Below are positions 1-10,055 of a stretch of DNA of 64,000 bases, one piece after another; position 1 is the stretch's first letter; each line of letters opens with the position of its first letter. The DNA is from an uncultured Candidatus Saccharibacteria bacterium (GTDB taxonomy: Bacteria; Patescibacteriota; Minisyncoccia; Phycocordibacterales; CAIZLB01): the NCBI GenBank assembly GCA_964550955.1, contig CAZKAF010000001.1, forward strand, positions 7,993 through 71,992. The letters run 5' to 3'. Below the pieces are notes generated by a model. That model ran no database searches and was not told the origin of the DNA. It saw only the letters and a program-made list of their open reading frames with translations. A program made the position numbers and the translations under genes.

Positions 1-750
1 TCGCTCATCATCATTCTCGGCTCGTATATCACTCACGGGTTCAACAAGACGACGACTTCGGCGGTAATCGGAATGATCATCACCATCTTGTTCACCGGAT
101 TCATGGCGGTGTACGCGGTCAGCGTCACAAGGCTTACGGGCTTCTTCTCTGAAGACGTCGTGTACCTGCATTTCAATACGGACGGCCAAATAAACATGCA
201 AGGATTGCTCCTTGGCGGAATTCTCATCGGCCTTCTCGGAGTCCTGTACGACGCGGCTATCAGCCAGGCGGTCGCCATCGAGGAGCTTGCAGTTCATGCG
301 CCGCATCTCTCGCGGAAGAAGCTTTTCGAGCGGGCGATGCGCATCGGACGCGAGCATATCGGCGCGCTTATCGACACGCTTGCTCTCGCGTATGTCGGCG
401 CGTCTTTGCCATTGCTTCTTCTTTTCTATTCTTCGGCGTCCACTTCGCTCATGAGCATCCTGAACAGGGAAGATTTTGCCACTGAAATCATGCGAACTAT
501 TATAGGAAGCATTGGCCTCATTCTTGCCGTGCCGATCACTTCGCTCGTGGCGGTGCTCATGCTCAAGAAAAAGGACGCAAAAAACAACGTGGCGGCGGGT
601 GTGGCGAGTAGCAGCGCTCAAGATGCTCGTCTGAGCACGGGTCCAGACATGAATACACGTGCGCATCAGCACGATGAAGACTGCGATGATCCTGTCGGCC
701 ATTCTCACGGCCACGTTTGCGGGCATGTCAGGAAGGAGCTGGGCAGGTAG
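1..750 (+). CDS. Polytopic integral membrane protein, 5'-truncated by the window edge. Possibly YibE/F-like. The C-terminal tail is His/Asp-rich (HQHDEDCDDPVGHSHGHVCGH).
   Basis: Frame 1 is open from position 1; the listed ORF 73..750 is the in-window part. The translation is hydrophobic and multi-helical (GGILIGLLGVLYDAAISQAVAIEEL...), with a poly-His/Asp tail suggesting metal binding. Family assignment is from memory only. Confidence 0.5.
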   Translation, partial: SLIIILGSYITHGFNKTTTSAVIGMIITILFTGFMAVYAVSVTRLTGFFSEDVVYLHFNTDGQINMQGLLLGGILIGLLGVLYDAAISQAVAIEELAVHAPHLSRKKLFERAMRIGREHIGALIDTLALAYVGASLPLLLLFYSSASTSLMSILNREDFATEIMRTIIGSIGLILAVPITSLVAVLMLKKKDAKNNVAAGVASSSAQDARLSTGPDMNTRAHQHDEDCDDPVGHSHGHVCGHVRKELGR

Positions 751-945
751 GGCGAACAAAATCGCGCTCATGATGCCTTTACAAACGCTCGGACGTAATG
801 TATTTTATCGGCAGAAACAGATCCCTGAAATCCGAGAGTCAGGGCAAGTCGGCACTAGCGTTTTGAACGTCTTCCAAGCATTTTCGGCAATCGATTTTGC
901 TTGCATGGGCGTGCGGCACGCTATTGCTGACTCTTTGAGTTCGGC

Positions 946-1635
946 ATGGAAGTCCTGGGCAGTTCCGGGCAAATTCAGCGAACTCAACGTATATCACACA
1001 TGCAACCGTCCATTACTACCGCATTCCAGACGCTTACGGGCACTCCGTTTCGCGTTCTCGTTACTGTTACCGACAAAACCGGTCTCGACCGCTTACGGCC
1101 TCTTCTCGACAGGGGAGCCGAATTCGTCTCTACCGGCGGCACTGCCGGGACCCTTCGCGACAAGCACGGCATTCCATGCACCGATGTTGCGAATGTCACC
1201 GGCTTCAAGGAAATGTTGGATGGCCGCGTCAAGATTCTTGACCCGCACATCTTCGCAGGCATTCTTGCCGACCAGTCTAATCCGGAGCATCTTCGTCAGC
1301 TGGATGAGGCGGAAATCGCCCCGTTTCACTTGGTCGTCGTGAACCTTTACGACTTTCTTGAGAGGCCCGGCATCGGTCAGATTGACGTCGGCGGTCCATC
1401 GGCACTTCGTGCTGCTGCGAAATCCGGCATCACCGTCATCGTTGACCCTTCCGATTACGAGCGTGTCATCCGCGAGGTCATGGCATCCGAAAGCGGACAG
1501 CCGTCGCTTGAGCTTCGGATTGATCTGGCGACCAAGGTGTTCCGGCATACGGCCGAGTACGACCGCCTCATCGCTGAATGGTTCGAGGATCAGGCTCTCG
1601 CGGACAAGAATCCCTTCGTCAGTGCTGGTCATTGA
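946..1635 (+). CDS. Standalone PurH-like MGS / IMP cyclohydrolase domain protein, lacking the AICAR transformylase domain.
   Basis: RVLVTVTDKTGL...FVSTGGTAGTLRDKHGIPCTDVANVTGFKEMLDGRVKILDPHIFAGIL...HLVVVNLYDF...DVGGPSALRAAAKSGITVIVDP matches the PurH N-terminal MGS-like domain motifs (SDKTG, STGGTA, MDGRVKTLHP, VVNLYPF, IGGP). The ORF is only about 229 aa. The start could instead be the ATG at 1000. Confidence 0.6.
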   Translation: MEVLGSSGQIQRTQRISHMQPSITTAFQTLTGTPFRVLVTVTDKTGLDRLRPLLDRGAEFVSTGGTAGTLRDKHGIPCTDVANVTGFKEMLDGRVKILDPHIFAGILADQSNPEHLRQLDEAEIAPFHLVVVNLYDFLERPGIGQIDVGGPSALRAAAKSGITVIVDPSDYERVIREVMASESGQPSLELRIDLATKVFRHTAEYDRLIAEWFEDQALADKNPFVSAGH

Positions 1636-1656
1636 TACTAGCTTTCTGATGCATAC

Positions 1657-1695
1657 AAAAAGCCAGGAACCGTTCGCGGTTCCTGGCTTTTCCAT
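1657..1695. terminator. Bidirectional rho-independent terminator between convergent genes.
   Basis: Perfect hairpin agccaggaaccg-ttcg-cggttcctggct (1661-1688), preceded by an A-run and followed by tttcc. Confidence 0.6.
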
Positions 1696-1742
1696 TAAAC
1701 GAAAACAAACTATCGGCTGAAGCCGACGGTTTTGTTGGAGTG

Positions 1743-3551
1743 TTATTTCTTGCCTGCAGCTCGCGCTTTCGCCCGGTCAGTATTCGTCAAATATTTCTTT
1801 CGAAGTCTTGCAGAAGTCGGAGTGATTTCCAAGTACTCGTCGTCATTGATCAGTTCGAGTCCTCGCTCGATAGTGATCTCGATTGGCGGAACAAGATACG
1901 TCGTCTCGTCCGTTCCGGAAGCTCGCATGTTCGTAAGCTGCTTTCCCTTAGTCGGGTTCACTTCCATCTCGTCTCCCTTCGAAGTGTTTCCGACGATCAT
2001 GCCTGCGTAAATCTCAGTACCGTGGCCGATGTAGAGCGTTCCTCGCGTCTGAAGGTTGCCGAGCGCGAATGTAACAGCTTTGCCATTTTCCATAGAGATC
2101 ATGGATCCTACGTCTCGCTTCTCGATTTCGCCCGCATACGGTCTGAATTCGATGAATCGCGATGACATGATTCCTTCGCCTTTTGTATCAACTACGAACT
2201 GGCTTCGGTAGCCAAGCAGTCCTCGAGTTGGAATATCGAAAGTCATTCGAGTCGTATTGTTGTCCTGCTTCATTGAAGACATGATGCCTTTTCGCTTTCC
2301 GAGCCTTTCGATGATGATGCCCGCGAATTCGTCAGGAGTATCGATCACAAGCTCTTCGTACGGTTCCTGCTTCTTTCCGTCAACTTCCTTGATGATAACT
2401 TCAGGCTGCGACACTTGGATCTCATATCCTTCTCGTCGCATTTGTTCCAGAAGGATGGCAACGTGAAGTTCGCCTCGCCCGTATACTTTCATGGTATCTC
2501 CGCTTCCGAAATCAACTTTAAGTCCAACGTTCACCTCAAGTTCTTTTTCAAGTCGGTCTCGGATCTGTCTGCTTGTAACGTATTTTCCTTCTCGTCCTGC
2601 GAAAGGCGAGTCGTTAACAAGGAAGTTTAGGGAAATAGTTGGTTCGTCGATAGAGATGGTTGGAAGCGAATGCGTATCAGGGCTGTCAGTGATGGTGTCA
2701 CCGATATATATGTTTGTAAGTCCGGCAATCATGGCAACGTCACCGGAGATTGCTTCAGCGGCATCTACTTTGCCCATGCCCGCGAATGTGAACAGTTTGA
2801 CTACTCGGCCTTGCTCAACCGTGCCGTCAGGCTTCTTGATGAATACGTTCTGGTTCGTCTTGATCTTTCCTTTCCAGATTCGAGCCACGGCAAGTCGTCC
2901 GAGGAAGTTGTCGTATGCCAAGTTAAATGGCTGCGCGACAAGCGGTTCCGAGCTTTCGTCTTTCGCCGGAGCGACTTTCTCGATGATGAGGTCAAAGAGC
3001 GGATCGAAGTCAACGAACTCGTCAGAGAGCTCTTTCTTGGCAACGCCGTCTCGTCCGATGGCGTAAATCATGGGGAAGTCGAGCTGCTCATCGTCAGCGC
3101 CGAGTTCCATGAAAAGTTCAAGCACTTCGTCATGCACTCTGGCAGGGTTTGCGGCCGGCTTGTCGAGCTTGTTCAGGATGACGATGGGCCGAAGTCCGAG
3201 CTCGATGGACTTCTTGAGCACGAATCGGGTTTGCGGCATCGGGCCTTCCTGCGCGTCTACGACGAGGAGCACGCAGTCGATCGATCGGAGGATTCGCTCC
3301 ACCTCAGAGCCGAAGTCGGCGTGACCCGGCGTGTCGATGATGTTGATCTTGTGCTCGACGCCGGTTTTCTTGCTCTTGTATGTAAGAGAAGCGTTCTTTG
3401 CATAAATGGTGATGCCTCGTTCCTGCTCAAGCGTATTTGAGTCCATTGAAGAAGCGTCTTTTACCATGCCGGTGTATCGCATCATCGAATCGACGATGGT
3501 TGTTTTTCCATGGTCTACGTGGGCGATGATTGCTATGTTTCGAATATCCAT
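1743..3551 (-). CDS. typA: Translational GTPase TypA/BipA
   Basis: N-terminus MDIRNIAIIAHVDHGKTTIVD...DSNTLEQERGITI...IIDTPGHADFGSEVER...NKLDKP is the trGTPase G-domain with BipA-type organisation, about 600 aa. Confidence 0.9.
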   Translation of the reverse strand: MDIRNIAIIAHVDHGKTTIVDSMMRYTGMVKDASSMDSNTLEQERGITIYAKNASLTYKSKKTGVEHKINIIDTPGHADFGSEVERILRSIDCVLLVVDAQEGPMPQTRFVLKKSIELGLRPIVILNKLDKPAANPARVHDEVLELFMELGADDEQLDFPMIYAIGRDGVAKKELSDEFVDFDPLFDLIIEKVAPAKDESSEPLVAQPFNLAYDNFLGRLAVARIWKGKIKTNQNVFIKKPDGTVEQGRVVKLFTFAGMGKVDAAEAISGDVAMIAGLTNIYIGDTITDSPDTHSLPTISIDEPTISLNFLVNDSPFAGREGKYVTSRQIRDRLEKELEVNVGLKVDFGSGDTMKVYGRGELHVAILLEQMRREGYEIQVSQPEVIIKEVDGKKQEPYEELVIDTPDEFAGIIIERLGKRKGIMSSMKQDNNTTRMTFDIPTRGLLGYRSQFVVDTKGEGIMSSRFIEFRPYAGEIEKRDVGSMISMENGKAVTFALGNLQTRGTLYIGHGTEIYAGMIVGNTSKGDEMEVNPTKGKQLTNMRASGTDETTYLVPPIEITIERGLELINDDEYLEITPTSARLRKKYLTNTDRAKARAAGKK

Positions 3552-3750
3552 ATGTTTTCTTTATGTTTAATATTGGGTCGATACCGTCCGCGAGCACGGC
3601 AAGCAAGTTGCCATAAGAAGTCTTATCGAGACGCGTGGGGAGCGATTTTTTAATTTCCTAAAATGAGCCTTGATTAAAGCATTAATTCTTAGTTTTGGCA
3701 ATTTATGGTATAGTGTCTCCAATTAACAAATAGCAATATCAACGCGCACC

Positions 3751-5313
3751 ATGAAAAGCAGATTTGGAAGAGTGAAGGCTTTATTCAGCAAGAAGAAGGT
3801 TTGGATACCTGCCTTGATCATCTTGGCAATCGCCGGCTTCAGCCTGTCCGGCAATAAATCTGACCAAAATGAGACGATTGTCACGGTCGAGCCCGCTACT
3901 TTCGTTCAGGAGGTCTCGGTTACGGGACAAGTCGTCGCGGCCAAGGACGCGAACATGGGCTTTGAGGCTTCGGGCAGGGTCGCGCGCGTAAATGCAGCCG
4001 TCGGAGATGTCGTCAGGGCCGGGCAGGTTCTCGCCTCGCTTTCAAATGCCGACGTCGTCGCCACGGTCGCTCAGCGGCAGGCGCAGGCAAGCGCTCAGGC
4101 TGCGCGATTGGCAGAAGTGCGCACCGGGTCAAGGCAGGAAGACGTGAATATCGCTCAGGCAGAATACGACGGCGCGATAACCGCATACGGCCAGAGCCTC
4201 CAGTCGCTCATCGACGATATCAAGGATGCATATTCGAAAGCGGATGATGCCGTGCGAACGAAAGTCGATCAGCTGTATTCGAATCCGCGAACGGTGAATC
4301 CTGAAATCATCCCGTTCGACAACTATCAGCTTCAGGCATCCCTGAATGCCAGAAGGTTGAGAGCCGGAGAAATTCTGGCCGAATGGAACAAGTCGCTTTC
4401 GACGCTGGCTGCCGATTCGTATTCGACTTCGTACCTGACGGAAGCCCGGGCGAACATCTCGTTCATGAGGGATTTCATGAACGACCTGTCCACGGCGGTT
4501 TCCTCGTTTCAGTCAAGCAGCGCGCTGACGCAGGCGACGCTGGACAAGTACAAGTCCGATGTCTCGAGCGCGCGAACGACCGTCAATTCCGCCCTTTCAA
4601 GCCTTTCTTCCGCCGAGCAGGCATATAAAAATGCCCTGACGGCAAAGCAGACGAAGGAGCAGCAGCTGGCTTTGAGAAAGTCCGGATCGACTTCGCAGCA
4701 GATCGCGCAGCAGCAGGCCCAATATCAGTCGGCAATGGCGGATGTCCAGTCCGCGCAGGCCGCAGTCTCAAAGACGCTCATCGTCGCTCCGTTTGACGGC
4801 GTCGTCACGAAGATCGACATCAAGGTCGGCGAAATCGTCTCAAGCAATGTCAGCGCCATTTCGCTGATAAGCGCTTCGGGCTTCGAAATCGAAAGCTTTA
4901 TCTCCGAAAACGACATTTCCAAAGTGCAGGTGGGACAGCCTGCCCGAGTGACGCTTGACGCGTACGGCCGGGACGTGATCTTCAGGGCGGAGGTCAGCCA
5001 GGTTGATCCGAGCGAGACGGTGAAGGACGGCGTGTCAACGTATAAGACGAAGCTGCAATTCGTCGAGGAAGACGGGCGAATCAGGTCCGGCATGACGGCC
5101 AACACCGTCATTCAGACTGCCGAGAAGCCCGCCGTCGTGATCATTCCTCAAGAGGCGCTCTTTCTCGAGGGCGCGGAGAAAGTCGTGACGGTCGTGGAAG
5201 GGAATTCAAGAACGAATCGGAAAGTGGTCACGGGCGGCATCAATACCAGGGGCGACATCGAGGTGATCGAAGGGCTGACGGTCGGAGAACGGATTGTCGT
5301 CAAGAAAAAATAA
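3751..5313 (+). CDS. HlyD-family periplasmic adaptor (membrane fusion protein) of a MacAB-like efflux system.
   Basis: N-terminal TM anchor, then a beta-barrel segment (VTGQVVAAKDANMGFEASGRVARVNAAVGDVVRAGQVLASL) and a long Ala/Gln-rich coiled coil. It lies directly upstream of an ABC permease and ATPase. Confidence 0.75.
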   Translation: MKSRFGRVKALFSKKKVWIPALIILAIAGFSLSGNKSDQNETIVTVEPATFVQEVSVTGQVVAAKDANMGFEASGRVARVNAAVGDVVRAGQVLASLSNADVVATVAQRQAQASAQAARLAEVRTGSRQEDVNIAQAEYDGAITAYGQSLQSLIDDIKDAYSKADDAVRTKVDQLYSNPRTVNPEIIPFDNYQLQASLNARRLRAGEILAEWNKSLSTLAADSYSTSYLTEARANISFMRDFMNDLSTAVSSFQSSSALTQATLDKYKSDVSSARTTVNSALSSLSSAEQAYKNALTAKQTKEQQLALRKSGSTSQQIAQQQAQYQSAMADVQSAQAAVSKTLIVAPFDGVVTKIDIKVGEIVSSNVSAISLISASGFEIESFISENDISKVQVGQPARVTLDAYGRDVIFRAEVSQVDPSETVKDGVSTYKTKLQFVEEDGRIRSGMTANTVIQTAEKPAVVIIPQEALFLEGAEKVVTVVEGNSRTNRKVVTGGINTRGDIEVIEGLTVGERIVVKKK

Positions 5314-5360
5314 AGCCTCGAATCCTGAATAAATCCATATCATAAGGCCATACATATATC

Positions 5361-6638
5361 ATGTCATTTTTCAAAAAAGAAACAGCTAGAGTCTGGAAGG
5401 TCGGCGTCTTTCTGGCATATCGCCAGATAAAGCGCGCGAGCCTTTGGACTACCATGCTGATCATCGCGGTGATGACCCTGACGTTTCTGAACCTCGTGGT
5501 AGTGAACGGCGTTCTGGTGGGCTTGATCGAGAGTTCCATTGACGCGACTCGGGACAGGGGAACGGGCGATGTCGTGATAACGAATTTGCAGCAGAAGAAT
5601 CAGATCGAGCGAAGCCAGGACATCCAAAACGTTCTCAGGAGCTTGCCCGAAGTGAGGGCGTTTTCTGCCAGGTATCTGGGGAACGGAGTCCTGAATGCGG
5701 ACTATCGGCGCCTGCTCAGGCAGGATGAGAGCTCGAACAGCGTCGGCGTGACCGTTGCGGGCATCGACCCGCTCAAGGAGAATTCAATCAGCCGCCTTTC
5801 AGAATACATAGTCGAAGGGTCATATCTCCAGCCGAACGATCCCGACGGCATCCTGATAGGGTCGAATTTCTTATATAAATATACTCCGATAGAGGTTTCA
5901 GGGTTCCAGACGCTGAAAGATGTCGAGATAGGGCAAAAGCTCAAGCTTACCGTCGGGAGCAGCTCGAAGGAGGTTGTCATACGGGGCGTGGTAAGGTCAA
6001 AAGTCGACTCTACGGATTTCCGCGTCTTCATGATCGAAAGCGAGGTCAGGAAAATGATCGGCAGGAGCGAATTGAACGTGAATGAAATTTCCATAAAGCT
6101 TGCGGCCGGGTCTACCGAGCAGGACGCGCTTCGGGTCAAGCAGCTGCTTCTCAATAACGGATTCGATGTCGGCGCGAGAATCCAGACGTATGTCGAGGCG
6201 CAGCCGAAATTCCTGAAAGACATGTCCGACACCTTCGGGCTTCTCGGAAACATGATCGGAAGCATCGGCCTCGCGGTCGCGTCGATCACCATCTTCATCG
6301 TCATATTCGTCAACGCCATCACCAGGAGAAAATTTATCGGCATTCTCAAGGGCATCGGCATCAGCTCGAAGGCGATTGAAATATCGTATATCATCCAGTC
6401 CATTTTCTATGCCGTTACCGGCTCGCTCCTGGGACTCTTGGTTTTGTACGGATTTCTTGTCCCGTACATCCAAGCGAATCCGATCGATTTTCCGTTCAGC
6501 GACGGATACCTGTATGCGCCTATCAACGGGACGATGCTTCGGGTGGTCGCGCTGCTCATCACGACCGTCATCGCGGGATACATACCTGCGAGAATGATCG
6601 TGAAGAAGAACACGCTCGATGCCATCCTCGGAAGATAA
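5361..6638 (+). CDS. ABC transporter permease, FtsX/MacB-like.
   Basis: N-terminal TM helix, a large periplasmic domain, then a C-terminal 3-TM FtsX-like region (IGSIGLAVASITIFIVIFVNAI...). Operon context supports the call. Confidence 0.75.
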   Translation: MSFFKKETARVWKVGVFLAYRQIKRASLWTTMLIIAVMTLTFLNLVVVNGVLVGLIESSIDATRDRGTGDVVITNLQQKNQIERSQDIQNVLRSLPEVRAFSARYLGNGVLNADYRRLLRQDESSNSVGVTVAGIDPLKENSISRLSEYIVEGSYLQPNDPDGILIGSNFLYKYTPIEVSGFQTLKDVEIGQKLKLTVGSSSKEVVIRGVVRSKVDSTDFRVFMIESEVRKMIGRSELNVNEISIKLAAGSTEQDALRVKQLLLNNGFDVGARIQTYVEAQPKFLKDMSDTFGLLGNMIGSIGLAVASITIFIVIFVNAITRRKFIGILKGIGISSKAIEISYIIQSIFYAVTGSLLGLLVLYGFLVPYIQANPIDFPFSDGYLYAPINGTMLRVVALLITTVIAGYIPARMIVKKNTLDAILGR

Positions 6639-6652
6639 CAACAATCAAAACA

Positions 6653-7345
6653 ATGAAACCAGACCTAAAAGAAAACATCATCGTGACAAGGGAATTGAAG
6701 AAGTCTTTCGTCGACGGGGACAAGGTGACCGAAGTCCTCAAGGGAATCAATCTTGAAATCAGGCGAGGGGAGTTCGTGGCGATCATGGGACGCTCGGGCG
6801 CCGGCAAAAGCACGCTGCTTTACCAGGTCAGCCTGCTGGATCATCTTACCTCCGGCGAGATTTACGTTGACGGCGTCCACGTGACGAACCTGCCCGAAGA
6901 CGCGCGCGTCTCCTTCCGCCTGAAAGAACTCGGATACGTGTTTCAGGATTACGCCCTCCTGCCTGACCTGACCGCAAGGGAGAATGTCGCCGTGCCGCTC
7001 ATCATGCAGGGCGTCGAGACTGCCGAGGCATACAGGATAGCGGAACAGACGCTCGGACGAGTCGGCCTCAGCCACAGGGTCGGGAATCTGCCGTCAAAGC
7101 TTTCGGGAGGGGAGCAGCAGCGCGTGAGCATCGCGCGGGCCATCGCGCATAAGCCGAAGATTCTTTTTGCGGACGAGCCGACCGCGAACCTCGATACCGA
7201 GTCATCGGCGCTGATATTGAAAATATTTCAGGAATTGAACGCGGAAGGCCAGACCATCGTCATGGTAACGCATGAAGACGAGTACGGCGCCGCCACCGAC
7301 CGGGTCATTTTCCTCAAGGATGGACAACTTTCGGAAGAAAGGTAA
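6653..7345 (+). CDS. ABC transporter ATP-binding protein, MacB/LolD family.
   Basis: Walker [13 protein letters not shown] signature [14 protein letters not shown], Walker B ILFADEPT and H-loop VTHE. Confidence 0.9.
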   Translation: MKPDLKENIIVTRELKKSFVDGDKVTEVLKGINLEIRRGEFVAIMGRSGAGKSTLLYQVSLLDHLTSGEIYVDGVHVTNLPEDARVSFRLKELGYVFQDYALLPDLTARENVAVPLIMQGVETAEAYRIAEQTLGRVGLSHRVGNLPSKLSGGEQQRVSIARAIAHKPKILFADEPTANLDTESSALILKIFQELNAEGQTIVMVTHEDEYGAATDRVIFLKDGQLSEER

Positions 7346-7465
7346 ACTAGCGGAAGGTCAGGACTTAGAAAAGGATGCCGGGCCTCGTGGCCCGGACGAC
7401 GGATGCGCTTCTATCGAACGCATCCTCTTTTCTTGCATTTGAAAACAAAATAGAAAGAGGTTGTT

Positions 7466-8545
7466 GTGAGCAATGAAAGAATTCAGAATTTACTGGACAG
7501 CGCATCGGGGGGTCCAAACCCCCTGTTCGCGAAAGCCGTCTTCGGCTTCTTGAATGCGGAGGGCGACTCGGCGTACTTCTCGACAGACAGGAGATTGGAG
7601 GCGGGAAGCCGTCCTGTCTCCCGGGAGTCCATCTTTGACGTGGCGTCCATCACCAAGGCTTTCTTGACGGTTCTCTGTCATGTCCTGCGGGAAAAGACGG
7701 AGAAATTCGACAACGATGCCAGGGTTGCCGGCACGCTTGAGATGCGGGGCGCCTTTACGGAGCATTTGACCGTCGGTCATCTGCTTCAGTTTTGCGCCCA
7801 GTTTACGGAAGGAGGGTATCCTACGCAGGATATCATCGCGCGGAAAAAAGGAGGCGGCGTGAGCGGGCTGCTTGAGGCGCTCCGCACATGCGGGCTTTGC
7901 AAGGAGCCGGGGCTGGAATGGACATACGGAAATCCGCATTCCATCCTTCTCGGGGTCTTTCTTGAGCGCGTCATGGGCGCCCCGCTTGAAGTTCTCATGA
8001 ATGAGCACCTCTTCGGGCCGCTCGGCATGGGAAGCACCATGCTGCGTCCCGTGTCCAAGCTGCACAAGGTCGTTCGGTCCCATCCCGACATCCCTCCCGG
8101 CACGATTCATGATCCGACCGCAAGGATAGCCTTGCAGGAAGGAAGGGCGATCGGTTCTGCCGGCTACTTCTCTTCGGCGGAAGACCTGCTCGGCTTTGCG
8201 GGCATGATTCTGAACAGGGGAATGCGCGGGCAGGATCGCATCCTTTCCGAGGAAACGGCGACATCCCTGCATCGGGGAATCCTGCCGAAATTCGGAAACG
8301 GTTTCGGCAAATGGAACGAGTTCAGGAAGAACCTCAGGCCCGAACCGTTCGCCGATGACTCGGCTCTTCACAAGCTGGGTCATACCGGATGCATCGTTTT
8401 CGTTTCCCCGAGGCACGGGGCATGCGGCGCGGTCCTGACGGATTTTCTCATGGCTTCTTCCGGCGACGGAAAAGACAGGAGGCGTCTGTATGAGCTGTTT
8501 GCCCAGCTGGCGACTTCGGCAGGGCTGCATCGGTTCGAAGCCTGA
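7466..8545 (+). CDS. Serine hydrolase of the beta-lactamase/transpeptidase superfamily.
   Basis: S-x-x-K active-site motif in FDVASITKAF. Size is about 360 aa, typical of class C-like esterases/PBPs. Confidence 0.65.
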   Translation: MSNERIQNLLDSASGGPNPLFAKAVFGFLNAEGDSAYFSTDRRLEAGSRPVSRESIFDVASITKAFLTVLCHVLREKTEKFDNDARVAGTLEMRGAFTEHLTVGHLLQFCAQFTEGGYPTQDIIARKKGGGVSGLLEALRTCGLCKEPGLEWTYGNPHSILLGVFLERVMGAPLEVLMNEHLFGPLGMGSTMLRPVSKLHKVVRSHPDIPPGTIHDPTARIALQEGRAIGSAGYFSSAEDLLGFAGMILNRGMRGQDRILSEETATSLHRGILPKFGNGFGKWNEFRKNLRPEPFADDSALHKLGHTGCIVFVSPRHGACGAVLTDFLMASSGDGKDRRRLYELFAQLATSAGLHRFEA

Positions 8546-8565
8546 TCCGTTCTGGTTGGTCCTGG

Positions 8566-8602
8566 CCCCTCGGCGCGCAAACGCGTGCCGAGGGGCTTTC
8601 AT
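8566..8602 (+). terminator. Rho-independent terminator
   Basis: gcccctcggcgcgc-aaacgc-gtgccgaggggc hairpin followed by tttc. Downstream GC drops sharply. Confidence 0.55.
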
Positions 8603-8826
8603 TACCCCTCTAAACCACCGGCTTCAGCCGGTGTGCGCATTTAAAGACAACGTCATATTATGAATACCACCTGATCAAGCGCACGAGTTGCGTTAACTAT
8701 AATTTATAATTATCTTTGCAACAAACACCCAATGTAAGCGTTTCTTGCTGTGCAATAAAAAATCCTAATGCAGCCTTGCGCACAATTTGCGTATTCTGGA
8801 AAAAGTTGTATTATTTATGTCTCACA

Positions 8827-10041
8827 ATGATCAAAAATAATATCGTTTATAGTGAATATTGCAATTATCGATTTAAGCTAAAACGTGCCGAAGGAAGCTA
8901 TCTTTGGGATGAAAATGGCAGGAAATATATTGATTTTACCTCTGGCTGGAACGTGACAAATTTGGGCTGGAATGACCCCGAAATTAATACTGCGATAAAA
9001 GAGCAGGTAGATAAAAACGTGTTCGCGCCTTTGTGGTGTTCTGACGAAATTCAAGAGAAATACGCTCAGAGACTGACAGAGTCCTTGCCCGAACCGCTCG
9101 ATACGTGCATAAAGACAACGGGCGGAACTGAAGCCGTCGAAGTGTCAATTAAAGTTGCTCGGGCTGCCACAGGACGAAAAAAAATTATTGGTTTTAAAAA
9201 CAGTTACCATGGGCAATTGTTCGCCTCGATGGCACTTGGTTTTACAGACAATTTGGTTGAGAAAATTTTACCATTAGTGCCTGAATTTATTCAGATCGAT
9301 TATCCCAGAGACAATGGTGATAAAGAAGTATTGAATAATTTTCTCATGGACCTTGAAAAAAGGATATCAAATCACGATGTCGCGGCAATCGTTACCGAGG
9401 CAAACATGATTACTGGCTGGGGGTCTGCATTCGTCGCGCCGATTGGGTATCTCAAGGCGGTAAGGGATCTTGTTTCAAAATACGGGACCCTGCTGATCGT
9501 TGATGAAGTGGGAACTGGTTTTTCAAGAACTGGAAAATTATTTGCTATTGAGCATGAGAACGTTGTTCCAGATATGATATGTCTCGCTAAAGGCATATCG
9601 AATGGCGGCGGTGCTTTAGGGGCAGTCGTTGGCAGTTTTGACCTTATTAATAATGTGATTGGAGTCACAAACATCATATCTACTTTTGGATGGGTTCCAA
9701 CGGCTTGTGCGGCAGCGCTTAAAACACTCGAGATTCATCAAAGGGACAAGGTGTGGGAGATGGCTGATTCTAAAGGGAGATATCTTTTGTCTGAATTAAA
9801 ATCTAAGCTGGCTAACAATCCAAAGGTTGTCGACGTAAGGGGTGTGGGCATGGAGATTGGAATTGAAATTCCGGTTGATGCGACCCGGTATAATAATATT
9901 ATAGATTTTGCTGCCAAAGAGGGGTTACATTTGACTGGGGATACAGAAAGCGTGATTCAGCTTATGCCGCCTCTCACTATTTCCAAAGAAGATATTGAAA
10001 AAGGCATTGATATATTAGTTAGGACGCTTTCTTCCTGTTAA
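8827..10041 (+). CDS. Class-III PLP-dependent aminotransferase (ArgD/GabT-like), first gene of an AT-rich operon.
   Basis: LIVDEVGTGFSRTGKLFA is the class-III aminotransferase PLP-region signature, alongside the ...GGTEAVE... motif. The ORF opens at 8716 but the likely start is ATG 8827 (MIKNNIV...). Confidence 0.8.
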   Translation: MIKNNIVYSEYCNYRFKLKRAEGSYLWDENGRKYIDFTSGWNVTNLGWNDPEINTAIKEQVDKNVFAPLWCSDEIQEKYAQRLTESLPEPLDTCIKTTGGTEAVEVSIKVARAATGRKKIIGFKNSYHGQLFASMALGFTDNLVEKILPLVPEFIQIDYPRDNGDKEVLNNFLMDLEKRISNHDVAAIVTEANMITGWGSAFVAPIGYLKAVRDLVSKYGTLLIVDEVGTGFSRTGKLFAIEHENVVPDMICLAKGISNGGGALGAVVGSFDLINNVIGVTNIISTFGWVPTACAAALKTLEIHQRDKVWEMADSKGRYLLSELKSKLANNPKVVDVRGVGMEIGIEIPVDATRYNNIIDFAAKEGLHLTGDTESVIQLMPPLTISKEDIEKGIDILVRTLSSC

Positions 10042-10055
10042 TAAAATATTATATT

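Noticed and set aside
1093-1695. 200-aa minus-strand ORF
   Set aside because: It is antisense to the PurH-like MGS-domain gene and runs through the terminator hairpin.
5997-6644. 215-aa minus-strand ORF (and 5702..6403 minus)
   Set aside because: Both lie antisense within the ABC permease gene and have Asp/Arg-rich low-complexity translations.
7490-8602. 370-aa minus-strand ORF
   Set aside because: It is antisense to the serine-hydrolase gene, which has an S-x-x-K motif and a downstream terminator on the plus strand. The translation is Arg/Pro-rich nonsense.
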